DNA of 32,000 bases. Origin: Escherichia coli O111:H8. Its GTDB lineage: Bacteria > Pseudomonadota > Gammaproteobacteria > Enterobacterales > Enterobacteriaceae. The position numbers and the translations under genes are program-made. Below the pieces are notes generated by a model. The model had not been told where the DNA came from. It saw nothing but the letters and a program-made list of their open reading frames with translations, and did no database searches. The first letter of the stretch is position 1, and each line of letters begins with the position of its first letter. This document shows positions 1-9,458 of this stretch, in pieces. The stretch lies in the NCBI RefSeq assembly GCF_050704245.1, contig NZ_CP077585.1. One strand, written 5' to 3'.

Positions 1-352
1 CATTATACGCACCAACTGCATCCCATGTATTCCCTCTGGATTTTATGTTAGAGGCTAAGATATAACCAGCAACAGATATGTTTATACAGGCATTATTCAA
101 TAAATCATCTTCAGATATATTAAATTTGCTTAATAAATCTAAATGAGATGAATTAATTTGCATTATACCTATATCATACGTTCCGTTTTTGTTTGTTTTG
201 CTTTTTATTCCGCTTTTGCATTTTGATTCATTCCATGCAATTGCTTTTAATATTAATGGATCTATGTTATATGCTTTTCCTGTAATTTCAAAACAATCGG
301 AAGCATTACAGTAATTTGAAATGAGAATGATACTCAGTATTATTTTTTTCAT
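1..352 (-). CDS. etgA: EtgA (rOrf3), T3SS-associated lytic transglycosylase. Only the N-terminal ~117 codons are present; the 3' end runs off the window.
   Basis: My own minus-strand translation from the ATG at 352..350 gives MKKIILSIILISNYCNASDCFEITGKAYNIDPLILKAIAWNESK...YDIGIMQINSSHLDLL. This shows a signal peptide plus SLT-type AWNES and GIMQIN motifs. The position next to grlRA matches the LEE. Confidence 0.85.
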   Translation of the reverse strand, partial: MKKIILSIILISNYCNASDCFEITGKAYNIDPLILKAIAWNESKCKSGIKSKTNKNGTYDIGIMQINSSHLDLLSKFNISEDDLLNNACINISVAGYILASNIKSRGNTWDAVGAYN

Positions 353-547
353 TTTTACGTTGTGACTCAATATTATTAATCAGAAATTACATATGTTAAC
401 CAGGGAAACAGCAGGTTGAAACATGAGTATATTTAATGATATATTACATTGCAATCTGGAGAAAAAGAAAGGTCTCCATTATTCTTGATATTGCTTATGG
501 ATAGAACAAATTGAAAGGAGTGAGGTTAGTATGAAACTGAGTGAGTT
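353..547 (+). promoter_or_regulatory. etgA / grlRA divergent intergenic region; presumed grlRA promoter
   Basis: A 195-bp AT-rich spacer lies between divergently oriented etgA and grlR. No specific -35/-10 hexamers were assigned. Confidence 0.35.
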
Positions 548-919
548 ATGATTATGAAGGATGGCATCTATAGCATTATATTTATTAGCAATGAAGACTC
601 CTGTGGGGAAGGTATACTGATTAAAAATGGAAATATGATCACTGGCGGCGATATTGCTTCTGTGTATCAGGGGGTTCTCTCTGAAGATGAGGACATCATA
701 CTTCATGTCCATCGATATAATTACGAAATTCCCTCGGTGCTAAACATTGAACAAGATTATCAATTAGTTATCCCTAAAAAAGTACTGAGTAATGATAATA
801 ATCTCACATTACATTGCCATGTAAGAGGAAATGAAAAATTGTTTGTTGATGTTTATGCCAAATTTATAGAACCATTAATTATTAAAAACACAGGAATGCC
901 ACAAGTTTATTTAAAATAA
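548..919 (+). CDS. grlR: GrlR, global regulator of LEE repressor (binds GrlA)
   Basis: The 123-aa ORF (MIMKDGIYSIIFISNEDSCGEGILIKNGNMITGGD...) matches GrlR as I remember it in length and sequence. It is followed directly by grlA. Confidence 0.93.
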   Translation: MIMKDGIYSIIFISNEDSCGEGILIKNGNMITGGDIASVYQGVLSEDEDIILHVHRYNYEIPSVLNIEQDYQLVIPKKVLSNDNNLTLHCHVRGNEKLFVDVYAKFIEPLIIKNTGMPQVYLK

Positions 920-973
920 TTTTTATGCATGTTTTTATGTCGATTTATTTATCAAATAAAAAGAATATGGAAA

Positions 974-1387
974 ATGGAATCTAAAAATAAAAATGGCGAC
1001 TATGTAATTCCTGACTCAGTAAAGAATTACGATGGTGAACCCCTGTATATCTTGGTTTCTCTTTGGTGTAAATTGCAGGAGAAATGGATTTCTCGCAATG
1101 ATATTGCCGAAGCATTCGGTATAAACCTGAGGAGAGCATCATTTATTATAACTTATATATCGAGAAGAAAAGAAAAAATTTCATTTCGTGTCAGATATGT
1201 TAGTTATGGTAATTTGCATTATAAGCGCCTTGAGATTTTCATTTATGATGTTAACCTTGAGGCGGTTCCGATAGAAAGTCCTGGATCAACCGGACCAAAA
1301 AGAAAAACCTACCGAGTTGGTAATGGTATTGTGGGACAGTCTAATATCTGGAACGAAATGATCTTGAGGAGGAAAAAGGAGAGTTAG
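974..1387 (+). CDS. grlA: GrlA, global regulator of LEE activator (CaiF-like HTH)
   Basis: The ORF is 929..1387. The internal Met at 974 (MESKNKNGDYVIPDSVKNYDGEPLYILVSLW...) gives the expected 137 aa. The upstream 15 codons are probably not translated. Confidence 0.9.
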   Translation: MESKNKNGDYVIPDSVKNYDGEPLYILVSLWCKLQEKWISRNDIAEAFGINLRRASFIITYISRRKEKISFRVRYVSYGNLHYKRLEIFIYDVNLEAVPIESPGSTGPKRKTYRVGNGIVGQSNIWNEMILRRKKES

Positions 1388-1720
1388 ACGTAATTTTTTG
1401 AGTATATTTTATAGAAGAATAAAAATAAAGCTATATTTAAGGGTTTTGTTTTCCAGGGTAAGCCTTTTTCTCGGCTAAAGTTTGAAGGTCATTTCCTGAC
1501 AAATATACTCTGAGCTATAGATGATTGGAAAGATCAGATTTCTAATGCTAAGTTAAGATATACTGATTGTTTCATAAACGGAAATGATATTAAATACAGC
1601 AGAAGATAGTTCAGGGCATAAAATCCTAGTTAATGGAATAACCCCACACCTGTAGATAAATCTACCAGTGGTCGGTGCTCAACTTTGGGAGCACTTCACT
1701 ATAGCAGCTTTATTATTTCC

Positions 1721-1748
1721 GATAGAAAATCCCCAGTCAGCCTGGGGA
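1721..1748 (-). terminator. Rho-independent terminator downstream of cesD (end of LEE2)
   Basis: Read on the plus strand, TCCCCA-gtcagcc-TGGGGA at 1730..1748 forms a 6-bp stem. On the minus strand it is followed by TTTTCT. It lies 23 nt past the cesD stop. Confidence 0.55.
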
Positions 1749-1770
1749 TTGGTATAGCTGATGTTAGTTT

Positions 1771-2226
1771 TTACTCTGTATTACCTAACAATTTTTTAAT
1801 ATTTTCTTTATATGTAGTGTATTTTTCTTTTTCATTACACCACATTAAACAAGCCTTAAAGGCTTTCTTGGCCATTTTCTTATTTCCGACGAGTAAGTAG
1901 CTAATTCCAGAATAATAAGATGCCCTGGGATCTTGCATAACTAAAGTTGCACAGCGTGCGAAACACAGTTGTGCATCTTCATGATTTGATAAACGCTGAT
2001 GGCATAAGCCCAGAGATAAGGTGTAGTCATAATTCCAGTGTTCCAGATATGTGAGCAAATGGAATAGATTTCTTGCGGTTATAACATCACCAGATTGATA
2101 TGCTGTATAGGCATAAGAATGAAGGTCATTGAGATCTTGTTGTGTCAGATTTGTTAATGACGCTAATGTGCCACCATCCTGGTAGAAATCATAAATATCC
2201 TCTAGAGAGCTAAATTTCCTGCTCAT
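1771..2226 (-). CDS. cesD: CesD, TPR-type class II chaperone for EspD/EspB
   Basis: The 151-aa ORF (MSRKFSSLEDIYDFYQDGGTLASLTNLTQQDLNDLHSYAYTAYQSG...) matches CesD (LcrH/SycD family). It is the last gene of LEE2. Confidence 0.93.
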   Translation of the reverse strand: MSRKFSSLEDIYDFYQDGGTLASLTNLTQQDLNDLHSYAYTAYQSGDVITARNLFHLLTYLEHWNYDYTLSLGLCHQRLSNHEDAQLCFARCATLVMQDPRASYYSGISYLLVGNKKMAKKAFKACLMWCNEKEKYTTYKENIKKLLGNTE

Positions 2227-2239
2227 AAAGCCTCATTTA

Positions 2240-3778
2240 TTATTCGCTAGATGCAGATTTTATCGGGGTTGCTTTAATTAAAAAGAGTCGAACAACACTA
2301 TGTTTTTGTTTTACCGTACTGGAGAATAAACTACCAATAACAGGAATGTCGCTTAACAGCGGTATACCATCTTTACTTGAACTTTCTTTATCTTGGATAA
2401 ATCCGCCAAGTAATAAACTTTCTCCTGCACTTAATGTCGCTTCTGTTGTCATTTCTGAATTTTGTACTTCAGGTAAGGTGCTGCTGGCATCCTGAGCATT
2501 GCTTTGGTTAGTCGATTGATTGCCATCCTGAATATCAAGTAACAAACGAACTCGTTCCCGACGTTTTCCGGTAAGACTATTCGAGCTGTCATCAAGTATA
2601 CGTGGTGTCACTCTCAGCAATGTTCCGCTTGTAATACTTTCCAGAGACGCCACCTTTTCTCCGGAGACTTTTGTATAAAACGTTACGTTTTTATCAAGAA
2701 TCGCCTGCATATTATTTAAGGTTATAATTGACGGCTGAGAGAGTATTTTAGCTTTCGAGTTCTGTTGTAACGCATTCACCCTAATCATAAAATTACTGGC
2801 ATTACTTATCACAGAAGAGCTGATATTAGCCTGTGCGGTAGAGCTATTAAAGGCAATCGTACCTTGTCCTGCATTTAACGTACCGGACCAGTTTACGCCG
2901 AGCTGCTGAAGATCGTTTGCATCAACATCAATAATTGAGACAGAAATTTCAATTTGCCTTTGTTCAATATCAAGCTCAGAAATTAATTGCTGATAGATAT
3001 CCATCGTTATTTCGCGGTCTTTTACAACAACTGCATTAAGACGTGGATCAGCGGAAATCGTTACACTGTTATCAAACAGGTTACCGCTTCGCTCGACGGC
3101 ACCTTTACCGGTACTGGGAAGCGAACCATTACTTGCCATTGTCTTCAGAATGGAGACAACACCTGGGACGACAACATTTTGGTCACGGTATTTGTATGTT
3201 ATATCTGTCGCTGACGCATAGTTCAGTTTAAAGACCTTAACAACATCTTTATTTTTGGCTTTAGACTGTGCCTCTTTATCAAGACTTTCTGATAAAGATG
3301 TAATATATTTTATACATTCAGGAACACCCCGAACTTCAATCGAGTTAAATGTCGTAATTTTTCTCACATTGCAAGAGTTTTTGTTTACTGAGATTGTATC
3401 ACTCAGATATTTTAGCAGTGAGTCAATATCCAGATATGTTGGTGTAATTATACTTCTTGATATTTCATTTGTTTTATAAATATACAAGATATTCTCATCA
3501 TAATACCATGTGAGATGATAGAGTTTGGACAGTTTTTCCAGTACTTTTACAGGTTTTTCATTTTTTATTTCGCCAGAGAAATCATCATTCACGGAACTAC
3601 TGATGAAAACAGGAATGCTGTAGTTAGCAGCAAAGTCATTAAGGATTACACGTACTGGAGAACTTTTAGTAATAATAAAATATTCGTTCTTGCCTAATCT
3701 TTTTTCCAGAGAGGACGGGGCAGCTTGTGCACTGCAGCAAAATAGTGCTGTAAAAATAAAAAAACTTATTTTTTTCAT
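2240..3778 (-). CDS. escC: EscC, T3SS outer-membrane secretin
   Basis: 512 aa with an N-terminal signal peptide (MKKISFFIFTALFCCSAQA) and a C-terminal secretin domain (GGFIQDKESSSKDGIPLLSDIPVIGSLF). Length and context match EscC. Confidence 0.95.
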   Translation of the reverse strand: MKKISFFIFTALFCCSAQAAPSSLEKRLGKNEYFIITKSSPVRVILNDFAANYSIPVFISSSVNDDFSGEIKNEKPVKVLEKLSKLYHLTWYYDENILYIYKTNEISRSIITPTYLDIDSLLKYLSDTISVNKNSCNVRKITTFNSIEVRGVPECIKYITSLSESLDKEAQSKAKNKDVVKVFKLNYASATDITYKYRDQNVVVPGVVSILKTMASNGSLPSTGKGAVERSGNLFDNSVTISADPRLNAVVVKDREITMDIYQQLISELDIEQRQIEISVSIIDVDANDLQQLGVNWSGTLNAGQGTIAFNSSTAQANISSSVISNASNFMIRVNALQQNSKAKILSQPSIITLNNMQAILDKNVTFYTKVSGEKVASLESITSGTLLRVTPRILDDSSNSLTGKRRERVRLLLDIQDGNQSTNQSNAQDASSTLPEVQNSEMTTEATLSAGESLLLGGFIQDKESSSKDGIPLLSDIPVIGSLFSSTVKQKHSVVRLFLIKATPIKSASSE

Positions 3779-4233
3779 TACACAATTCGTCCTATATCAG
3801 AAAACAAGTGTGTTGGCGGCATCATTGTATCTGATGAAGATGATTGCTCTAGTTTATCAAATTGCTTGTCGAGCAACGAGGCGAGAGTATGTTGCATTAT
3901 TGCTTTTGACATGTTTGCGCGATGATTATTATCTTTATGAAAAATTTGGCAAAGATACCACTTCTTATTAGACAGGAAAATACCCATTTGTTTATATTCT
4001 TTACTAACGGCCAGGATATTGCAGAGTCTGATAAATGTATCTGTTGGAACCTGACGAAAATCACCACTAAGCTCGATATATAGAACCCAGTAGTTTCCAA
4101 AATCGTGCAAGAAAGCATTTTTTTGGTAGATATAAAAAGTGAGATGCGTTGGTGAACCGTTGACATCCTTTACAAAATCAAGGGCCGTTAGCCAGTCACA
4201 ATCATTCTTTGCTATGCCATTATTATTGTTCAT
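3778..4233 (-). CDS. sepD: SepD, T3SS secretion-hierarchy switch protein (partner of SepL)
   Basis: 151 aa, located between escJ and escC. Its stop overlaps the escC start by 1 nt (TAATG on the minus strand). Confidence 0.9.
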   Translation of the reverse strand: MNNNNGIAKNDCDWLTALDFVKDVNGSPTHLTFYIYQKNAFLHDFGNYWVLYIELSGDFRQVPTDTFIRLCNILAVSKEYKQMGIFLSNKKWYLCQIFHKDNNHRANMSKAIMQHTLASLLDKQFDKLEQSSSSDTMMPPTHLFSDIGRIV

Positions 4234-4238
4234 ACATA

Positions 4239-4811
4239 TTACCCGTCCTGCCCTGAGGATGACTTGATAACAACACTAATATTTTCTAATTTGAGATCGT
4301 CGACACTATTCTTAACCAGGTTTTTTATCTGAATGACCGATGGTGCTAAGTTAACCTCTGGCGAGCTGATGACTAAAACGGCTGCTGAGGATGGTTGACT
4401 TTCGTTATTGTTAACATTTAATGAAACGCTGCAATCGATAACACCGGGTATTTTACTTAGCAACCTTTCGATGTCTTGTTCTTTGAGATAGTTGATTTTT
4501 GCATTTTCTTGTGATGGCGATGCCACTAACTGGCTGGGTGGGAAAATAACCTCGATATCTGCAAATTTCTTTTTCGGGAAGCCGTTATTATTTAAAATCG
4601 TTATTGCGCGAACAAAATCCTCTTTTTCCACACTGAGTGTCATATTTCCACTTTTGTCCATTTCTTTGGAAACATTGACATCATTGGATAGCAACAGTGC
4701 TTGCATCTGATTAGCTTCTTTTTCTGTTAATCCTGTATACAATTGCTCTTTACATGCCACTGTCAAACAAATAGCAGCCAATAAAAAAAGGTTTTTAATG
4801 TGTTTTTTCAT
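4239..4811 (-). CDS. escJ: EscJ, T3SS inner-membrane ring lipoprotein (YscJ/PrgK family)
   Basis: 190 aa with a lipobox (LTVAC) at the N-terminus. The YscJ-like sequence and LEE2 position both fit. Confidence 0.95.
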   Translation of the reverse strand: MKKHIKNLFLLAAICLTVACKEQLYTGLTEKEANQMQALLLSNDVNVSKEMDKSGNMTLSVEKEDFVRAITILNNNGFPKKKFADIEVIFPPSQLVASPSQENAKINYLKEQDIERLLSKIPGVIDCSVSLNVNNNESQPSSAAVLVISSPEVNLAPSVIQIKNLVKNSVDDLKLENISVVIKSSSGQDG

Positions 4812-4813
4812 TT

Positions 4814-5242
4814 TTATTGCATCGAAACTAATTTTGTAACCGATGTTGAAAGGAGGCTTGCTAACTTAGATACGACATCAACATTGACGTTTGCGTTGAG
4901 CACATTCTTTTGTAAAGTGAGTACATCTTCGGGCGAGAGCCCACCTGCAGATAGTGCATCGAAACTGAGATCGGTGTTCATTGTTGCAAGATGTCGCTTT
5001 TTAATTTCTTCAATCAACACTTGTTCTGGGGAAGACACTCCCGCCGTTTTAGGGAGTAATTGATCAAGAAACTGAGCCGCTCCGGCTGCAGAGGGGGTTG
5101 ATGCTAACGGGATATGCTCATCAACGACATTTGTTTGGAATGCTTTATTTAACTGAATATTAATGTTTTTCGATTGATTAATATTATTCATATTTACTGT
5201 TAGTCTCTTTTCATGAGAGAGGCAATGGCATAATGCATCCAT
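4814..5242 (-). CDS. escI: EscI (rOrf8), T3SS inner rod protein
   Basis: A 142-aa ORF between espZ and escJ. The start is uncertain: an internal Met (MNNINQSKNINIQL...) 17 codons downstream is an alternative. Confidence 0.8.
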   Translation of the reverse strand: MDALCHCLSHEKRLTVNMNNINQSKNINIQLNKAFQTNVVDEHIPLASTPSAAGAAQFLDQLLPKTAGVSSPEQVLIEEIKKRHLATMNTDLSFDALSAGGLSPEDVLTLQKNVLNANVNVDVVSKLASLLSTSVTKLVSMQ

Positions 5243-5273
5243 TACCTCTCTATTTTTTTATGCGATGCGATGA

Positions 5274-5570
5274 TTAGGCATATCTCATCGCTAATCCGCC
5301 GGCAACAGTAGTTACGCCACCTAATACACCGGCTGCGATTCCTAAGCCTAATCTTTGTGAAGAGTCTTCAACACACAGTGATGCGATACCAGTACCGATA
5401 GCGGCTAGAGTACCTACACTTATCAAAACTCCAGCTAGGATTCTAACGTTACGACTTGTTTCACCTTCTGGTTGCATCACTCCTGTTTTCTCATCCACTA
5501 GATTATTTCCATTGATTGTGGCTGCCAGTGGTAATACTGTACCAGAAGGACTTAAATTTGCTGCTTCCAT
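5274..5570 (-). CDS. espZ: EspZ (SepZ), translocated effector with two TM helices
   Basis: 98 aa with two Gly/Ala-rich hydrophobic segments. It is the first gene of LEE2, with an AAGGAG RBS 7 nt upstream. Confidence 0.88.
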   Translation of the reverse strand: MEAANLSPSGTVLPLAATINGNNLVDEKTGVMQPEGETSRNVRILAGVLISVGTLAAIGTGIASLCVEDSSQRLGLGIAAGVLGGVTTVAGGLAMRYA

Positions 5571-5754
5571 TGATCTTTCTCCTTTTGTCTAATTTAGACA
5601 TTTACTTGGTTATAAATAACCAAATTATCCCATAGGCAACTATTATATTATTTAAATAGTTGCAATGTACATAAAGTACATATACTGTATATATTATCCA
5701 ATACGCTTTTTCAAGCAATAATATTCACACGTATACTTACTTCAGAGCCTGCAG
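5571..5754. promoter_or_regulatory. LEE2/LEE3 divergent promoter region (Ler/H-NS controlled)
   Basis: A 184-bp very AT-rich spacer lies between divergent espZ and orf12. It contains four dyad symmetries (see findings). The established LEE literature places back-to-back LEE2 and LEE3 promoters here. Confidence 0.7.
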
Positions 5755-6108
5755 ATGAATCTTTTAGTTAAAAGAAACGTTGAAGAGTTTTTAAGATTGT
5801 TGGGAAATGATTTTTATTTATTTGATAACCGTGTTGAAATTGATTTTAATGGGTTTTCTTTTTTTATTGAAATAATTGATAATAATGTTTTTGTTACGTT
5901 TGCTTTAGAGTATAACGAAAACGCATTTTTCTCTTTCTTTAGTGCCCTTGCTCCTGAGCGTACGCAGGGAGTGATTGAACATATTTTTGTCTACGATAAT
6001 AAATTGTGCTTAAGTTGTTTGTTAACCAATATCGATGTTTTTTTTCTAATGAATACTTTTCAACAACATGTGCAGATTATTGAGCGCGTTCGCAGGATGA
6101 CATCATGA
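5755..6108 (+). CDS. cesL: Orf12 (CesL), class I-like chaperone that binds SepL
   Basis: 117 aa and the first gene of LEE3. Its stop overlaps the escV start (ATGA). The name is recalled from the literature; the identification rests on position and size. Confidence 0.75.
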   Translation: MNLLVKRNVEEFLRLLGNDFYLFDNRVEIDFNGFSFFIEIIDNNVFVTFALEYNENAFFSFFSALAPERTQGVIEHIFVYDNKLCLSCLLTNIDVFFLMNTFQQHVQIIERVRRMTS

Positions 6109-8132
6109 ATAAACTCTTAAATATATTTAAAAAAGCAGAGTCATATCACGATCTTATTCTGGCTCTCTTCTTCTTTATGGCTGTAATGATGATGATTATT
6201 CCACTACCAACAGTTGTGGTGGATATCATTATCGCGATTAATATTTCGACAGCTTTACTTTTATTAATGCTCTCAATCTATATAAAAAATCCTCTTGAAC
6301 TAACTTCTTTCCCCACAATCCTGTTGATTACGACGTTGATGCGCCTGTCGCTCAGTGTTAGTACAACCAGACTTATTCTGCTGCATCACGATGCGGGTGA
6401 CATTATTTACTCCTTCGGTAACTTTGTTGTTGGCGGTAATATTGTTGTTGGCCTGGTTATTTTTACTATTATCACCATTGTTCAATTTATGGTTATTACA
6501 AAAGGGGCCGAGCGTGTTGCTGAAGTAAGTGCTCGTTTTTCCCTTGATGGTATGCCAGGAAAACAAATGAGTATTGATGGTGATATGCGCGCAGGCGTTA
6601 TTGACCCGCTTGAGGCAAAAGTTCTTCGTTCCCGAGTGCAAAAGGAAAGCCAGTTTTATGGTTCAATGGACGGGGCGATGAAGTTTGTAAAAGGGGACGC
6701 TATTGCCGGTATCATTATTGTTTTAGTTAACCTGTTTGGTGGCGTGCTCATTGGTATGTGGCAATTTGATATGCCATTTAGTGAGGCACTTAGCCTGTTT
6801 TCTGTATTGTCTGTCGGTGATGCTTTGGTTGCCCAGATCCCTGCACTTATTATCTCTGTCACCGCGGGCGTGGTTGTTACTCGTGTGCCCGGTGAAAGCG
6901 AAAAAGAAGAAAACCTTGCAGGTGATATTGTTCAACAGGTTTCTGTTAATAGTCGCCCTTTTTTAATCAGTGCCGCACTAATGCTCGTAATGGCGATTAT
7001 TCCGGGCTTTCCTACATTGGTCTTCTTATTTCTGGCGGTTTGCCTGTTGGGGATAGCTTGGAAATTACAGAAGAAAAGAACATTTGGAACTGGCAATAAT
7101 AAGGATGCTATGGGAGCTGATTTGTCTAATAGCCAAAACATCTCACCAGGCGCCGAGCCGTTGATTTTAAACTTAAGTAATAATATTTATAGTTCAGACA
7201 TTGCACAGCAAATTGAGGTCATGCGGTGGAATTTCTTTGAGGAAAGTGGAATTCCATTGCCTAAGATTATTGTCAATCCGGTTAAAAATAATGATAGCGC
7301 AATAGAATTTTTGCTCTATCAAGAGTCAATATACAAAGATACTCTTATAGATGATACTGTCTATTTTGAGGCTGGGCATGCAGAGATCTCATTCGAATTT
7401 GTTCAGGAAAAGCTTTCGACTAACTCTATCGTATATAAAACGAATGAGGCTAACCAACAACTAGCTCACCTTTCAGGTATGGATGTTTATGCAACAACAA
7501 ATGATAAGATAACGTTTTTGCTAAAGAAACTTGTATTGTCTAATGCCAAAGAGTTCATCGGCGTACAAGAAACGCGTTATTTGATGGACATCATGGAGAG
7601 AAAATATAACGAGCTTGTGAAAGAGCTGCAGCGCCAGCTTGGTTTGAGCAAAATTGTTGACATTCTCCAACGTCTCGTAGAGGAAAATATCTCAATTAGG
7701 GATCTGAGAACTATCTTTGAAACGCTTATTTTTTGGTCAACAAAAGAAAAAGATGTGGTTATCTTGTGCGAATACGTTCGTATCGCCCTGCGTCGGCATA
7801 TTTTAGGTCGCTATAGCGTTCGCGGTACACTTCTGAACGTTTGGCTTATTGGCTCTGATATTGAAAATGAGCTACGAGAGTCGATCAGACAAACGTCATC
7901 AGGCTCGTATCTGAATATCTCACCGGAGCGAAGTGAGCAGATAATTGGCTTCTTAAAAAATATCATGAATCCAACGGGGAACGGCGTCATTCTGACTGCT
8001 TTAGATATCAGGCGCTATGTGAAGAAAATGATTGAAGGTTCGTTCCCGTCAGTACCCGTGCTCTCTTTTCAGGAGGTTGGGAATAATATCGAACTTAAAG
8101 TATTAGGAACGGTAAATGATTTCAGAGCATGA
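6105..8132 (+). CDS. escV: EscV, T3SS export gate (FlhA/YscV/InvA FHIPEP family)
   Basis: 675 aa with a polytopic N-terminal membrane domain, a conserved FHIPEP core (GAERVAEVSARFSLDGMPGKQMSIDGD) and a cytoplasmic C-terminal domain. Confidence 0.96.
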   Translation: MNKLLNIFKKAESYHDLILALFFFMAVMMMIIPLPTVVVDIIIAINISTALLLLMLSIYIKNPLELTSFPTILLITTLMRLSLSVSTTRLILLHHDAGDIIYSFGNFVVGGNIVVGLVIFTIITIVQFMVITKGAERVAEVSARFSLDGMPGKQMSIDGDMRAGVIDPLEAKVLRSRVQKESQFYGSMDGAMKFVKGDAIAGIIIVLVNLFGGVLIGMWQFDMPFSEALSLFSVLSVGDALVAQIPALIISVTAGVVVTRVPGESEKEENLAGDIVQQVSVNSRPFLISAALMLVMAIIPGFPTLVFLFLAVCLLGIAWKLQKKRTFGTGNNKDAMGADLSNSQNISPGAEPLILNLSNNIYSSDIAQQIEVMRWNFFEESGIPLPKIIVNPVKNNDSAIEFLLYQESIYKDTLIDDTVYFEAGHAEISFEFVQEKLSTNSIVYKTNEANQQLAHLSGMDVYATTNDKITFLLKKLVLSNAKEFIGVQETRYLMDIMERKYNELVKELQRQLGLSKIVDILQRLVEENISIRDLRTIFETLIFWSTKEKDVVILCEYVRIALRRHILGRYSVRGTLLNVWLIGSDIENELRESIRQTSSGSYLNISPERSEQIIGFLKNIMNPTGNGVILTALDIRRYVKKMIEGSFPSVPVLSFQEVGNNIELKVLGTVNDFRA

Positions 8133-9456
8133 TTCTGTATTGGAAAGATACCCACGTATTCAGAAAGTGCTCAATAGCACTGTGCCGGCATTATCATTAA
8201 ATTCGTCTACCAGATATGAAGGTAAAATTACCAATATCGGCGGGACGATTATTAAGGCGCGTTTACCAAAAGCGCGTATTGGCGCCTTTTACAAGATAGA
8301 ACCCAGTCAACGTTTAGCCGAGGTGATCGCTATTGATGAAGATGAGGTTTTCCTGTTGCCTTTTGAGCATGTTTCCGGCATGTACTGTGGTCAGTGGTTA
8401 AGTTATCAGGGGGATGAGTTCAAGATTCGTGTTGGAGACGCACTACTTGGGCGGCTTGTTGATGGCATTGGCAGACCAATGGAGAGTAATATTGCTGCTC
8501 CCTATCTTCCGTTTGAACGCAGCTTGTATGCTGAACCACCAGATCCTTTATTAAGGCAGGTTATTGATCAGCCATTTATACTTGGCGTCAGGGCAATTGA
8601 TGGGTTACTAACTTGCGGTATTGGGCAGCGTATCGGTATTTTTGCCGGTTCAGGCGTTGGTAAAAGTACGCTTTTGGGGATGATTTGTAATGGCGCATCC
8701 GCAGATATTATTGTCCTTGCTCTTATCGGCGAACGTGGTCGCGAAGTAAATGAATTCCTCGCGCTTTTACCTCAATCCACGCTTTCTAAATGTGTGCTGG
8801 TCGTCACAACGTCAGACCGCCCCGCACTGGAAAGGATGAAAGCCGCATTTACGGCGACGACTATTGCAGAGTACTTCCGCGATCAGGGTAAAAATGTATT
8901 ATTAATGATGGATTCTGTAACTCGTTATGCCCGAGCCGCGCGTGATGTTGGGCTTGCATCGGGAGAACCTGATGTAAGGGGGGGATTCCCTCCGAGTGTT
9001 TTTTCCTCGTTACCTAAATTATTAGAGCGAGCGGGGCCTGCGCCAAAAGGTTCAATAACCGCGATTTATACGGTGTTGTTAGAAAGCGATAATGTTAATG
9101 ATCCTATTGGCGATGAAGTCCGCTCTATTCTTGATGGGCATATCGTACTTACCCGAGAACTTGCAGAGGAAAACCATTTCCCTGCAATTGATATTGGTTT
9201 AAGTGCCAGTCGTGTTATGCATAACGTTGTTACATCGGAGCATTTGCGTGCGGCGGCAGAATGCAAAAAGCTTATTGCGACTTATAACAATGTTGAGCTG
9301 CTTATTCGTATTGGTGAGTACACGATGGGGCAAGATCCTGAAGCGGATAAGGCAATAAAAAATAGGAAATTAATTCAGAGCTTTATACAGCAAAGCACCA
9401 AAGATATCAGTAGTTACGAAAAAACGATTGAAAACCTATTCAAAGTGGTTGCCTGA
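8116..9456 (+). CDS. escN: EscN, T3SS ATPase
   Basis: 446 aa with Walker A (GSGVGKST) and Walker B (VLLMMDSVTR) motifs; FliI/YscN family. It overlaps the escV 3' end by 17 nt. Confidence 0.97.
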   Translation: MISEHDSVLERYPRIQKVLNSTVPALSLNSSTRYEGKITNIGGTIIKARLPKARIGAFYKIEPSQRLAEVIAIDEDEVFLLPFEHVSGMYCGQWLSYQGDEFKIRVGDALLGRLVDGIGRPMESNIAAPYLPFERSLYAEPPDPLLRQVIDQPFILGVRAIDGLLTCGIGQRIGIFAGSGVGKSTLLGMICNGASADIIVLALIGERGREVNEFLALLPQSTLSKCVLVVTTSDRPALERMKAAFTATTIAEYFRDQGKNVLLMMDSVTRYARAARDVGLASGEPDVRGGFPPSVFSSLPKLLERAGPAPKGSITAIYTVLLESDNVNDPIGDEVRSILDGHIVLTRELAEENHFPAIDIGLSASRVMHNVVTSEHLRAAAECKKLIATYNNVELLIRIGEYTMGQDPEADKAIKNRKLIQSFIQQSTKDISSYEKTIENLFKVVA

Positions 9457-9458
9457 GT

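Noticed and set aside
479-712. 77-aa minus-strand ORF overlapping the grlR start
   Set aside because: It is antisense to the well-supported grlR and extends into the promoter spacer. It has low-complexity AT-rich codons, no RBS and no recognisable family.
1388-1720. 333-bp grlA-cesD convergent spacer with small hairpins (for example GTGCTC-N8-GAGCAC near 1674..1693), considered as a possible sRNA or regulatory RNA
   Set aside because: The stems are short (4-6 bp) and expected by chance. No promoter/terminator pair is evident. RNA-seq would be needed.
1685-1900. 71-aa plus-strand ORF across the cesD 3' end
   Set aside because: It has a non-ATG start, overlaps cesD antisense and crosses the LEE2 terminator hairpin. 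It is a hydrophobic product typical of AT-rich antisense frames.
2987-4166. Cluster of ORFs (2987..3214, 3043..3231, 3255..3479, 3515..3697, 3690..3971 on the plus strand, and the alternate-frame minus-strand ORF 3897..4166) overlapping escC/sepD
   Set aside because: All lie inside strongly supported secretin and SepD coding sequence: the plus-strand ORFs are antisense and the minus-strand ORF is in an alternate frame. They are short, lack RBSs and resemble no known proteins.
4492-5063. Plus-strand ORFs 4492..4710 and 4800..5063 opposite escJ/escI
   Set aside because: They are antisense shadows of real genes with no independent support.
6300-7141. Several ORFs (113, 68, 70, 76 and 69 aa) within escV on both strands
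   Set aside because: They are alternate-frame or antisense ORFs inside the highly conserved FHIPEP gene. Their products are Cys/His/Asn-rich nonsense-like sequences.
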